From a virus, in the IMG/VR virus record IMGVR_UViG_3300009155_000040, positions 32,001 to 96,000 of that record: a stretch of DNA of 64,000 bases, one strand, 5' to 3'. The translations under genes were made by a program, and so were the position numbers. The first letter of the stretch is position 1; every line of letters starts with the position of its first letter. Under the pieces are notes generated by a model. That model saw only the letters and a program-made list of their open reading frames with translations. It was not told where the DNA came from and made no database searches. This document shows, in pieces, positions 46,939 through 55,904 of this stretch.

Positions 46939-47184
46939 ATGCTTCTTAACGAATTTTTTTATTTTAATGACAGTTCTAACGGTATGTCTACCGATCGTAG
47001 ATACGACAGTAGTAAAGATAGTTCTGTGGTTAAAAAAAGTGACACACGAAAGATTCGTCTAACGCTACGTCAAATTAATAAACTACGATTACAATCTGAA
47101 GCGCACGAAGCAGAAGAAAAATCAGAACTGGGCTTTATTCAACAAATGTATGCAACCCCAGTTGAAGCAGAACCCGCCCAATAA
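46939..47184 (+). CDS. Hypothetical protein (81 aa) in the head module
   Basis: ORF right after a late promoter; DTRKIRLTLRQINKLR basic helix. Confidence 0.65.
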   Translation: MLLNEFFYFNDSSNGMSTDRRYDSSKDSSVVKKSDTRKIRLTLRQINKLRLQSEAHEAEEKSELGFIQQMYATPVEAEPAQ

Positions 47185-47797
47185 TATAGCCTTTGTCCTA
47201 GGAAACGGTCGCAGTAGATTACCTATTGCTTTAGAACCTCTCCGCAAATTAGGATCAACCTACGGCTGTAACGCACTGTACAGAGAATTTGCACCCGATG
47301 CTTTAATAGCAGTTGATGTTAAAATGGTCAACGAAATCATTTCAGCAGGGTACAATAAAGATCACGAAGTATGGTCCAATCCAAACAAAGGTATTATATC
47401 AAAAGATCACCTAAACTTGTTCAACCCCCACAAGGGTTGGAGCAGTGGACCTACAGCATTGTGGTTGGCCTGTAGTCGCGGACACAAGGATGTTTACATC
47501 TTAGGGTTTGACTATCAAGGTGTAGGCGGAAAACTTAATAATGTGTATGCAGACACATTTAACTACAAAAAAAGCAGCGATGTAGCAACGTTTTATGGCA
47601 ATTGGCTCAATCAAACTGAGCGAGTAGTACAGGAATTTAGGTCAACTAGGTTCCATAGAGTAATAGAAAAAGGAAATATAATTCCTGATAAACTGGGGGC
47701 TATGCCCAACGTTGGTCATATGTCTGTAGAAGAGTTCCAGGGTATATTTCCTGACACTATATATACGGAACAAATCAATCAAAAAAGTGTCATTTAA
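47150..47797 (+). CDS. Putative nucleotide-sugar/pyrophosphate transferase-like protein (MptE/DUF115/GT42-like fold)
   Basis: AFVLGNGRSR...TYGCNALYREFAPDALIAVD...WSSGPTALWLA...VYILGFDY is the GNGxS / GxN / SG..A / ILGFD pattern of this fold. Confidence 0.55.
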   Translation: MQPQLKQNPPNNIAFVLGNGRSRLPIALEPLRKLGSTYGCNALYREFAPDALIAVDVKMVNEIISAGYNKDHEVWSNPNKGIISKDHLNLFNPHKGWSSGPTALWLACSRGHKDVYILGFDYQGVGGKLNNVYADTFNYKKSSDVATFYGNWLNQTERVVQEFRSTRFHRVIEKGNIIPDKLGAMPNVGHMSVEEFQGIFPDTIYTEQINQKSVI

Positions 47798-47817
47798 CCC
47801 CATTTTTTAATCTACGT

Positions 47818-47825
47818 AGTAAATA
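47818..47825 (+). promoter_or_regulatory. Late-promoter-like box AGTAAATA
   Basis: In the gap before the core/protease/scaffold/capsid operon; AAAGGAG RBS follows. Confidence 0.6.
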
Positions 47826-47860
47826 AAACACAGCCTTAACAATCCAAAGGAGAATACAAC

Positions 47861-48727
47861 ATGGCAGATAAAACCCTATTGTCACAGATGCTAGAGCAAC
47901 TTGTGAACGACAACCAAGCTAAAGCCGAAGAGCTTTTCCACGAATACGTAGTTTCAGCTTCACGTGAAATTTATGAAAATTTAATCGAATCTGAAATTTC
48001 TGAAGAAGATGACGAAGAAAAGAAAGACGACGATCTTGAAGAAGCATCTGAAGAAGATGAAGAGAAAAAAGACGACGATCTTGAAGAAAACTTTGACGAA
48101 ATTGCCTACGAAGGCGATGACGAAATGGACTTAGACGACAGCGATCCAACAGATGATCTAGCTGGCGAAATTGATCCAGATGCAGAAATGGACGGCGAAG
48201 AAAAGTCTGAAGAAGAATTATTCCAAGACTTAGACGCTATTGTCGACGAACTACAAGCTAAGTTCGACGAACTAAAAGGTGGCGATCATGAAGAGCCAGA
48301 TATGGACAACATGGGTGGCCCAAGCGATCATGATGCTGACAATGAAGAATTTGACCTAGCTACAGTACGTGAGTACGTAGAAAAGGTTCCAGCTGGTCAC
48401 GGCGCAGAAAAGAAAGGTGCAGCAGAAAAAGCTGACGGTTCTGCAAAATCTCCAGTAGCAGGTAAGAATGATATGGGCGGTACAACTGCTAATATTTTAA
48501 GCGGTCGTAACGGCGCAGAAGCTGGCGGTGTTGGCGCAGGTGGAACAATTAAAGGTTCTGCACTAAGCGACACTAAAGCAAAAGAAGATAATGCTGGCAA
48601 CATCAATGTCCCAGGCGCTAAGAATGGTAATGCATTCTCTAAGAAAGAGCCAGGACATGGTGCTGAGAAAGCTGGTGCAAAAGAATCACCAGACAACAAG
48701 CAAAGCCTTTTCCGTGGTCGTAGATAA
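47861..48727 (+). CDS. Highly acidic prohead core protein (gp67/gp68 positional analogue)
   Basis: D/E-rich, with a duplicated SEEDxEEKKDDDLEE segment. Located between portal and protease. Confidence 0.65.
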   Translation: MADKTLLSQMLEQLVNDNQAKAEELFHEYVVSASREIYENLIESEISEEDDEEKKDDDLEEASEEDEEKKDDDLEENFDEIAYEGDDEMDLDDSDPTDDLAGEIDPDAEMDGEEKSEEELFQDLDAIVDELQAKFDELKGGDHEEPDMDNMGGPSDHDADNEEFDLATVREYVEKVPAGHGAEKKGAAEKADGSAKSPVAGKNDMGGTTANILSGRNGAEAGGVGAGGTIKGSALSDTKAKEDNAGNINVPGAKNGNAFSKKEPGHGAEKAGAKESPDNKQSLFRGRR

Positions 48728-48735
48728 TAGGACTG

Positions 48736-49374
48736 TTGACGGTGAATAAACTTACTCTTAGTGAACATTTGAGTTTCGACCAGGCTAAGATTGTCTTGGA
48801 GAGCGAAGAAGGAAGCAACGGCAAGAAGTCGTTGCATCTCAACGGGATTTGCATTCAAGGAGACATCCGCAATGCAAATCAACGTGTTTATTCTTCTCAA
48901 GAAATTGGCAAGGCTGTCAAAACGCTCAACGAGCAGATCGCTGGAGGATACTCTGTACTAGGTGAAGTTGATCACCCGGCAGATTTAAAAATCAATCTTG
49001 ATCGTGTTTCACACATGATAACCAAGATGTGGATGGATGGTCCTAACGGCTACGGAAAACTTAAAGTACTACCAACTCCAATGGGTCAGTTAATTCAGAC
49101 CATGTTGGAGTCGGGAGTAAAATTAGGTGTTAGTTCCAGAGGATCTGGAGAGGTTGACGGAAGCGGCAACGTTCGAGATTTTGAAATTATTACGGTTGAT
49201 GTAGTAGCACAACCTAGCGCACCAGGTGCGTATCCAACACCAGTATATGAACATTTAATGAATAACACAGGCGGTTACAAGGCATTTCAAGTAGCACAAC
49301 AAGTCCAAGGCGACCCAAAGGCACAGAAGTACATAGCAGAGAGTTTAAAGAGAATTATCTCTAAACTCAACTAA
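48736..49374 (+). CDS. gp21: Prohead protease
   Basis: QGDIRNANQRVY, LGEVDHP, LGVSSRGSG, VDVVAQPSAPGAY. Start could be GTG 48742. Confidence 0.92.
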   Translation: MTVNKLTLSEHLSFDQAKIVLESEEGSNGKKSLHLNGICIQGDIRNANQRVYSSQEIGKAVKTLNEQIAGGYSVLGEVDHPADLKINLDRVSHMITKMWMDGPNGYGKLKVLPTPMGQLIQTMLESGVKLGVSSRGSGEVDGSGNVRDFEIITVDVVAQPSAPGAYPTPVYEHLMNNTGGYKAFQVAQQVQGDPKAQKYIAESLKRIISKLN

Positions 49375-49387
49375 CTAGGAGAATCAC

Positions 49388-50482
49388 ATGCTAGACATCG
49401 TTAAACAATTGTTTGAAAACAATGTGATTTCCGAAGAAATAAAATCGGAGATTGAAACCGCTTGGACAAGCAGGATTCAAGAAAACCGTGATCAAGTTAC
49501 TGCTGAACTACGTGAAGAATTTGCTCAGAAATATGAGCACGATAAAGGTGCGATGGTAGAAGCTGTTGAGGGAATGCTAATGGACCGCTTACAAGCGGAA
49601 CTAGGCGAACTCGCAGAAGATCGTCAGGGCCTAATCGAAGCTAGAGCCAAATATGCAGCAAAAATGACAGAAGATGCGAAAGTGTTAGAATCATTTGTGT
49701 TGAACAATTTGAAAAAAGAACTAGCTGAACTACACGAAGATCGCAAAGCAGTTGCAAACAATGTTGCAAAATATGAATCATTTATCGTGGATGCACTAGC
49801 GAAAGAAATCGCAGAATTCCATGCTGATAAGAAAGATTTGGCAGAAACTAAAGTACGTCTAGTACGTGACAGCAAAGCTAAGTTTGAGTCTATCAAGAAA
49901 GATTTCATCGCACGTTCAGCACAAATCATCGAAGAAACAGTCTCCAAAGGACTTAAATCTGAAATGACTCAGTTGCGTGAAGACATTGAAGCAGCTCGTA
50001 AAAATGACTTTGGTCGTAGAATTTTTGAAAGCTTCTCAAGCGAATATGCTGCAAGTCATCTGAATGAAAAATCTGAAACTGCAAAACTATTAAAAGTAGT
50101 TAAAGTTAAAGAACAAGAATTAGAAGAAGCGGCAAAGATTGTTGCAGAAACACAAAAACTAATAGAAAGCAAAGAAACAGAGCTACGCATTGCCAAAGGT
50201 CAAGCTGTTCGCAAAGAAGTTATGGGCGAATTGTTAGGTCCTTTAAGTGGTGATAAGCGTTCAGTAATGGGCGAACTATTAGAATCAGTACAAACTGAGA
50301 AATTACGCTCAGCGTATGACAAGTATCTACCGGCAGTAATGAACGGCGGTACTCCAATTAAAAAAGCATTAACCGAAGGCAAAGAAATTACAGGCGATAA
50401 GAATCAGGCACAAACAATCAGCAGTGAAGAAAAAACTGCTGAGATATTTGACATCCGCAGGCTTGCGGGACTAAAAGTTTAA
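49388..50482 (+). CDS. gp22: Prohead scaffolding/core protein
   Basis: Acidic coiled-coil protein of 364 aa between the protease and the major capsid gene. Confidence 0.8.
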   Translation: MLDIVKQLFENNVISEEIKSEIETAWTSRIQENRDQVTAELREEFAQKYEHDKGAMVEAVEGMLMDRLQAELGELAEDRQGLIEARAKYAAKMTEDAKVLESFVLNNLKKELAELHEDRKAVANNVAKYESFIVDALAKEIAEFHADKKDLAETKVRLVRDSKAKFESIKKDFIARSAQIIEETVSKGLKSEMTQLREDIEAARKNDFGRRIFESFSSEYAASHLNEKSETAKLLKVVKVKEQELEEAAKIVAETQKLIESKETELRIAKGQAVRKEVMGELLGPLSGDKRSVMGELLESVQTEKLRSAYDKYLPAVMNGGTPIKKALTEGKEITGDKNQAQTISSEEKTAEIFDIRRLAGLKV

Positions 50483-50493
50483 GGAGAACTATA

Positions 50494-51672
50494 ATGTCAC
50501 AATTACTCGAGTCACGCTGGTCGGAAACCAAAGACGCTCTATTAGAAGGGCTTCAAGGTACTAAGCGTACAGTGATGGCAACAACTCTCGAAAATACCCG
50601 CAAGTATTTGTCTGAGTCTGCCACAGCTGGCGCAACTTCGTCCGGTAACGTTGCAACCCTAAATCGTGTGATCCTTCCAGTGATCAGACGTGTGATGCCT
50701 ACGGTCATCGCTAATGAATTAGTTGGCGTACAGCCAATGACTGGTCCAGTTGGTCAGATCCACACACTACGTGTTCGTTATGCAGATACATTTAACGATA
50801 CAAGTGCTGGAAACACTGATACAACAGCTGGTGAAGAAGCACTAAGCCCATTCAAGATTGCAGAAGGCTATTCTGGTGCAGCAGCAACAGCTAAAGCAGC
50901 TTCAACAGCAGCTTTAGAAGGCGTAGCTGGTAACAGATTAAGCATTCAAATCTTGAAACAAACAGTTGAAGCTAAGACACGTAAATTGTCAGCTCGCTGG
51001 ACGTTTGAAGCTGCTCAAGATGCACAAGCCCAACAAGGCATTGACATCGAAGCAGAAATCATGGCTGCTTTAGCGCAAGAAATTACTGCTGAAATCGATC
51101 AAGAAGTTCTTTCTTCTTTATCTAACTTAGCAACAACAGTATTAACATACGACCAAAACACTGTTTCTGGTACTGCTACATTCGTTGGTGACGAACATGC
51201 TGCTTTAGCTGTTCAAATCAACCGTGTTGCTAACTTGATTGCACAGCGTACACGTCGTGGTGCTGGTAACTGGGCAGTTGTTAGCCCAACAACTTTAACA
51301 CTTCTACAAAGTGCTACAACTTCTGCGTTCGCAAGAACAACAGAAGGTACATTCGAAGCTCCAACAAACACTAAGTTCGTTGGTACATTGAACAGCGCAA
51401 TGAAGATTTATGTTAACGGCTACGCTACAAGCGATGACGTATTAGTTGGTTACAAAGGCTCTTCTGAGTCTGACGCAGCAGCATTCTACTGCCCATACAT
51501 CCCATTGATGTCAAGCGGTGTTGTTCTAGATCCAACAACTTTCGAACCAGTCGTATCATTCATGACACGTTATGGTTATGTTGAGTTGACAAACACAGCA
51601 TCATCTCTAGGTAATGCTGGTGACTATCTAGGCAAAGTTGGTGTTACAACTGCTAACTTGAAATTTGCTTAA
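50494..51672 (+). CDS. gp23: Major capsid protein
   Basis: LVGVQPMTGPVGQI, VEAKTRKLSARWTFEAAQD, EITAEIDQE, FYCPYIPL...DPTTFEPVVSFMTRYG. Confidence 0.96.
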   Translation: MSQLLESRWSETKDALLEGLQGTKRTVMATTLENTRKYLSESATAGATSSGNVATLNRVILPVIRRVMPTVIANELVGVQPMTGPVGQIHTLRVRYADTFNDTSAGNTDTTAGEEALSPFKIAEGYSGAAATAKAASTAALEGVAGNRLSIQILKQTVEAKTRKLSARWTFEAAQDAQAQQGIDIEAEIMAALAQEITAEIDQEVLSSLSNLATTVLTYDQNTVSGTATFVGDEHAALAVQINRVANLIAQRTRRGAGNWAVVSPTTLTLLQSATTSAFARTTEGTFEAPTNTKFVGTLNSAMKIYVNGYATSDDVLVGYKGSSESDAAAFYCPYIPLMSSGVVLDPTTFEPVVSFMTRYGYVELTNTASSLGNAGDYLGKVGVTTANLKFA

Positions 51673-51698
51673 TTAGTAAAGTTCAAAGTAACAAACTC

Positions 51699-51722
51699 AA
51701 AAAGGACCCTCGGGTCCTTTTT
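51699..51722 (+). terminator. Intrinsic (probably bidirectional) terminator after the major capsid gene
   Basis: AAAAAGGACC-CTCG-GGTCCTTTTT. Confidence 0.85.
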
Positions 51723-51728
51723 GTTTGA

Positions 51729-51736
51729 CTTAAATA
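51729..51736 (+). promoter_or_regulatory. Late-promoter-like box CTTAAATA
   Basis: Directly after the terminator, 5 nt before ATG 51742. Confidence 0.55.
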
Positions 51737-51741
51737 TCGTC

Positions 51742-52008
51742 ATGGAGATAGACTTCAATAGAGATTTTTCAAACTTACGTAAACAGTACGGAGTATGGCG
51801 AAAACGCTTTCCGATGTTTACACACGATGTTGATCATATAGAACACGTTATAGAACGGCATATACAGAATTTTTCTATTGCAGGCATACATTACAGGCAA
51901 ACGCACAGCAGAACCTACTTAGAAAAAGCCCAGCACGAATTAGACGAAATTGACAGGGTTATTGCTATGGTTGAAAAAATTGAACTGATGGCAATGTTAG
52001 CACGTTGA
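51742..52008 (+). CDS. Hypothetical helical protein (88 aa; start re-called to ATG 51742)
   Basis: The track start TTG 51721 lies inside the terminator. MEIDFNRDF... follows the promoter box. Confidence 0.6.
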   Translation: MEIDFNRDFSNLRKQYGVWRKRFPMFTHDVDHIEHVIERHIQNFSIAGIHYRQTHSRTYLEKAQHELDEIDRVIAMVEKIELMAMLAR

Positions 52009-52014
52009 TAAATA
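52007..52014 (+). promoter_or_regulatory. Late-promoter-like box GATAAATA
   Basis: Overlaps the previous stop codon and precedes a structured leader. Confidence 0.6.
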
Positions 52015-52018
52015 CAAT

Positions 52019-52073
52019 GTCTATGAAAGAACTTGCATAGGGCAAGACTTATGGGGTAACCATCCCCGTAGAC
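52019..52073 (+). promoter_or_regulatory. Candidate structured 5' leader RNA
   Basis: GTCTATG/CGTAGAC closing stem with internal hairpins CTTGC/GCAAG and ATGG/CCAT. Confidence 0.45.
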
Positions 52074-52101
52074 CTAGAACGTCAAATTAAGGAGAAACAA
52101 A

Positions 52102-52767
52102 ATGGGACGTCCATTAAAGAAAGATATTAACGGTAAAGAAGTATTAGGGTTACCAGGTTTATCAACAAACACACTAGCAGGTATTGCAGTCAGCGGTTAC
52201 TTTGGTGGTGCATTATCTACAAGTTATGTGCTAATCAAACAACGTGGTGCTCAAACTTACGTAGTTGCAAAGATTGAAAATTTCACATGCAACACAACTA
52301 CAGGTAGCGCAAGCATTACTAACATGAGCGATCAAGTTGAAGTTACAGTTGGTGATGAGATCAGCGGTCCTGGAATTCCATCAGGTGCAAGAATTGCTAG
52401 CCTTGACAGCTCAACAACGGCAACTATTACTGCTGCTGCAACAGCAACAGCAACAGGTATCACAGTTACTCACTGGGGTGCTTTCCAAGTTGGTACAACA
52501 GTTGACACAACTCCAAACGCTAACGGCGAAATCCTAATTCAAGGTTCTACAAGCGGTATGTTAGATGCTAACCTAGTTCCAATTCGTAAACTAACACGCA
52601 GAATTGCTTATGGTTTCCCATCAAGCCCTGTGTTATCAAATGGCTTCCAACGCAGTGAAGATGACAACACATCTACTAACCACGACGAAGCAAAATATAC
52701 ATGGTATCTAGAAAACGATTCATCAGCAGACTACATTGTATTAACAGCATTTACAACAAAGATGTAA
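52102..52767 (+). CDS. Putative virion structural protein (221 aa)
   Basis: Strong AAGGAG RBS, T/A/G-rich beta-type sequence, first gene of a late operon. Confidence 0.7.
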   Translation: MGRPLKKDINGKEVLGLPGLSTNTLAGIAVSGYFGGALSTSYVLIKQRGAQTYVVAKIENFTCNTTTGSASITNMSDQVEVTVGDEISGPGIPSGARIASLDSSTTATITAAATATATGITVTHWGAFQVGTTVDTTPNANGEILIQGSTSGMLDANLVPIRKLTRRIAYGFPSSPVLSNGFQRSEDDNTSTNHDEAKYTWYLENDSSADYIVLTAFTTKM

Positions 52768-52781
52768 TTTAAGGAACCAGC

Positions 52782-53774
52782 ATGGGACAGGTAATACAGG
52801 TCAACGGCGACTACAATATTAAATCTAAGATCGGGGCTACTATCAAGCTCGATACCGGAGCCGGTGTAGGTCAAACAATCATCACCGGTAATCTTGTAGT
52901 CCAAGGTACCAACTTAACTGTTTCAACCGAACAATTACAGATTAAAGACAACATCATTATTTTAAATGATGGCGAAACTGGACCCGGAGTAACACTACGT
53001 TATTCCGGAATCCAAATTGACAGAGGACCGTCAAATGTTGCAGACGATGCATTTTTATTGTATGATGAAACAGACGGCAGCTGGAATTTATTAAACAAGA
53101 CGGGCAATGATCCGTATAATTTTAACAATACTGCTTTAAGATTAAGAAGTATATTAACTGACACCGATACCGACGGCGGCGATCTAACATTGATTGGAAC
53201 CGGCACAGGTGTTGTGAATGTTGCAGGCACAAACGCTTACGAATTACAAGTTATTGCATTCGGAGACGATGCAATACCAAACAAAAAATATGTTGATGAT
53301 GCTATTCAAGGATCACCAGCAAGACAGATTAGAGATGATAATACTCGAATAATTATTGCGGATAGACAAGCTATTCCTACAGGCGGCGGATTAGATTATC
53401 TAGGTGCAGTTGTAGCTGAAACACAAATTCAAGTTGTGGTAGACGCTATTCCTAACACTACATTTTTTATCAACAGAGTAGTTATTCAAGGGTTAGAAGT
53501 TAGCGATTCAGAAATTGCCAACCTTGATACCAATACAGATACCTATCTAAGAACTACAGGTACAGGTAAACTTAGAACAAATTATGCACTAAAAATTGAT
53601 CAACAAGGATCAAACGTTGCTACAGTTGCAGGATATTCTCAACTGTATGCCAAAACACCAAGTACAGGTAACACTGGTTTGTACTTTTCAACAACCAGTA
53701 CCACAGCGTCACCAAACGGAAATAGAGAATTAATAAGTACTAATAGAGCATTATTATATAGTATGTTATTTTAA
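52782..53774 (+). CDS. Putative virion structural protein (330 aa)
   Basis: GNLVVQGT...IKDNIIILNDGETG...SGIQIDRG beta-fibre motif, also seen in the 630-aa fibre paralogue. Confidence 0.7.
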   Translation: MGQVIQVNGDYNIKSKIGATIKLDTGAGVGQTIITGNLVVQGTNLTVSTEQLQIKDNIIILNDGETGPGVTLRYSGIQIDRGPSNVADDAFLLYDETDGSWNLLNKTGNDPYNFNNTALRLRSILTDTDTDGGDLTLIGTGTGVVNVAGTNAYELQVIAFGDDAIPNKKYVDDAIQGSPARQIRDDNTRIIIADRQAIPTGGGLDYLGAVVAETQIQVVVDAIPNTTFFINRVVIQGLEVSDSEIANLDTNTDTYLRTTGTGKLRTNYALKIDQQGSNVATVAGYSQLYAKTPSTGNTGLYFSTTSTTASPNGNRELISTNRALLYSMLF

Positions 53775-53783
53775 GGATAGGAC

Positions 53784-54134
53784 ATGGCAATTAAAAACAC
53801 ACCAATAACAACCACTGGATCGACTACATTATATACAAGTAGTGGAACCAATGCGATTGTTACAATTATTATCTGTAATATCGGAGCACCGAACGCAACT
53901 GACGAATCGATCAACGCCTGTACTCTTAACCTTTACGCTGTAAAAAGCGGAGAAAGTGCAGATACTAGCGCACAGACATACGGCAATAAAATTGTATCAA
54001 GTCTATTAGTGCCAGCAGGCGAAACGATATTTTTTAGTGATGAAAAGATTATTTTAGACAGCGGCGATTTTATTGTTGCAGTTGCAAGTGCAGGCAATTT
54101 ATTAAGCATAACGGTAAGCACACTAGCAGTATGA
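53784..54134 (+). CDS. Small structural protein (116 aa), paralogue of 57001..57333
   Basis: TTLYT...IIICN...VPAGETIFF..EKIILDSGD versus TLLQVP...IGCN...IPPNTSL...EKLILPQG. Confidence 0.7.
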   Translation: MAIKNTPITTTGSTTLYTSSGTNAIVTIIICNIGAPNATDESINACTLNLYAVKSGESADTSAQTYGNKIVSSLLVPAGETIFFSDEKIILDSGDFIVAVASAGNLLSITVSTLAV

Positions 54135-54691
54135 AATATTTAAAAACTAAAAACATTTCTAAATTCAGTATCTCAGACGATGCGTTGGTTGCCAAACCAT
54201 CTGGAAGATACGTAATGGATGGCATCGGTGCTCTACGCTTGCCAAAGGGCACAGCAGCACAACGTCCTGATGTTGTAGTTGGAGTACATAACGGTCCTAA
54301 CGGATATATTCGTTACAATACTGATAACGACAGCGTAGAAGCATACATCGGCGGATACTGGCAAACTGTTAGAGCTCCTAGCTCTACAGCTATAACAAAA
54401 CAGACATTTGGCCCAGGCAACGGAGTTGAAACAGTATTTGGTCCTTTGACCACGGTACCTGCAGGAACAGGATATAGAGCTAGTGCTAATAATATCATAG
54501 TACTAGTTGAAAATACTATGCAAATCTCAACAACTAATTTTACAGTCCAACAAAGCACTTCCGGAAGCCTCAGCGGCCCAGGAGCACCTTATGCTGATGG
54601 GTGGTATGTTAAATTTACCTCAGCAGTACCAAACACTGGAGGCGGCGGAAATCCTGTATACGTGACAGTATATCACGGATACGCTGATTAA
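54131..54691 (+). CDS. Putative structural protein (186 aa)
   Basis: LRLPKGTAAQRP...GYIRYNTD..SVEAY.G.W module, shared with the next two genes. Confidence 0.7.
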   Translation: MKYLKTKNISKFSISDDALVAKPSGRYVMDGIGALRLPKGTAAQRPDVVVGVHNGPNGYIRYNTDNDSVEAYIGGYWQTVRAPSSTAITKQTFGPGNGVETVFGPLTTVPAGTGYRASANNIIVLVENTMQISTTNFTVQQSTSGSLSGPGAPYADGWYVKFTSAVPNTGGGGNPVYVTVYHGYAD

Positions 54692-54693
54692 CA

Positions 54694-55770
54694 ATGCCAG
54701 TACCTGACAGTCAACTAGGGCGAATTGGCGGTCAACTTTTAACAGACAACCTGCTTAGAGCAGGAGTTGACATTGCTGTTGAAACCAGTTTACTATACTT
54801 AGATGTTACCAACAAACGAGTTGGTGTAAAAACATCTGCACCAACACACCCTCTACAAGTTAACGGAACTACACGAGCACCAGATGTAATTGTTGACGGT
54901 ACTTCTGCCCGAGTTAACAATGTTATAATCAACACCAATGGTTCGTTTAGCACACTAGTTGGTGCGTTAAACATCACTCCAACAGGCGGCCCGAGTATTG
55001 TTATATCGCATGAGCGTGTGATAACCAACAGCTTAGACATCAACGATAACTACATTCGAGGTAGGATCGCTGATAGAAACTTTGAACTGCGCCCTAACGG
55101 TACAGGAAACACCAAGTTAAACGGTAACACCTATATTGATGAAAATTTGCTGGTCAGCACTTCCTTGTTTGCCCAACAAAATGTCAATGTCAAAGGTATT
55201 TTTACCATTGGTGATACTGCATACGATACCCTAACTGTGGTTCCAGATTTTACACAAAGTATAATTCCGGGAGACAACAACCTATATGATTTAGGTACAC
55301 TTGCTAAAAAGTGGAGAGGCGTTTATGTGAACAATAACAATCACATAGATGGATTTACTTCAATTACCGCAACAGTTAGCAATCAAGTGTTTATGAGCGG
55401 TAACACTATCAGCACCTTACAATCAAACGATGATTTGATAGTATCTTCAACAGAAGGTACGATAACGTTAAACAACTTGTCAATCAAAGACAATACGATA
55501 ACCAATTTATTATCAACACCAACAACAATAACTCACACAGGAAACGGGTATCTGCAAATTGCAGGAACATTCGGCTTCCAAATGCCACATGGCACAACAT
55601 TAGAACGTCCAGATACTCCAGAAACAGGAATAACTCGTTGGAATACTGATCTAAGCTATCTAGAATGTTTTGATGGCACAGTATGGGGAGTTGCAACTGG
55701 CGGTGGTGCAACAGTTACTCAAGCATACATGGAAGAGCTAAGTCACGTTTATACTCTACTGCTCGGGTAA
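54694..55770 (+). CDS. Putative fibre/structural protein (358 aa)
   Basis: GRIGGQLLTDNLLRAGVDIAVETSLLYLDV N-terminus and GTTLERP...GITRWNTD..YLECFDG C-terminus. Confidence 0.72.
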   Translation: MPVPDSQLGRIGGQLLTDNLLRAGVDIAVETSLLYLDVTNKRVGVKTSAPTHPLQVNGTTRAPDVIVDGTSARVNNVIINTNGSFSTLVGALNITPTGGPSIVISHERVITNSLDINDNYIRGRIADRNFELRPNGTGNTKLNGNTYIDENLLVSTSLFAQQNVNVKGIFTIGDTAYDTLTVVPDFTQSIIPGDNNLYDLGTLAKKWRGVYVNNNNHIDGFTSITATVSNQVFMSGNTISTLQSNDDLIVSSTEGTITLNNLSIKDNTITNLLSTPTTITHTGNGYLQIAGTFGFQMPHGTTLERPDTPETGITRWNTDLSYLECFDGTVWGVATGGGATVTQAYMEELSHVYTLLLG

Positions 55771-55782
55771 ATCTCCAATCTG

Positions 55783-55790
55783 TATAAATA
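55783..55790 (+). promoter_or_regulatory. T4-type late promoter TATAAATA
   Basis: Exact consensus in an intergenic region. Confidence 0.75.
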
Positions 55791-55795
55791 CTACT

Positions 55796-55901
55796 AGTTG
55801 CAAAGGTTGACCAAATCTTTGTAAAATCCGACTGTGGTATACCGACAAAGAGCGCAAGCTGAAAATCTGGTAATCCGTGTAAAACGGTGTATATTGGAGA
55901 G
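55796..55901 (+). promoter_or_regulatory. Candidate structured 5' leader RNA (about 110 nt)
   Basis: 11-bp hairpin 55798-808/55814-824, AGC-GCAA-GCT GNRA hairpin, CCGT/ACGG hairpin, then GGAGAG RBS. Confidence 0.45.
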
Positions 55902-55904
55902 CTC

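Noticed and set aside
47999-48090. Imperfect tandem repeat encoding SEEDxEEKKDDDLEE twice, and the GGS-type codon repeats at about 42630-42685
   Set aside because: Ordinary low-complexity coding expansions in acidic or linker regions.
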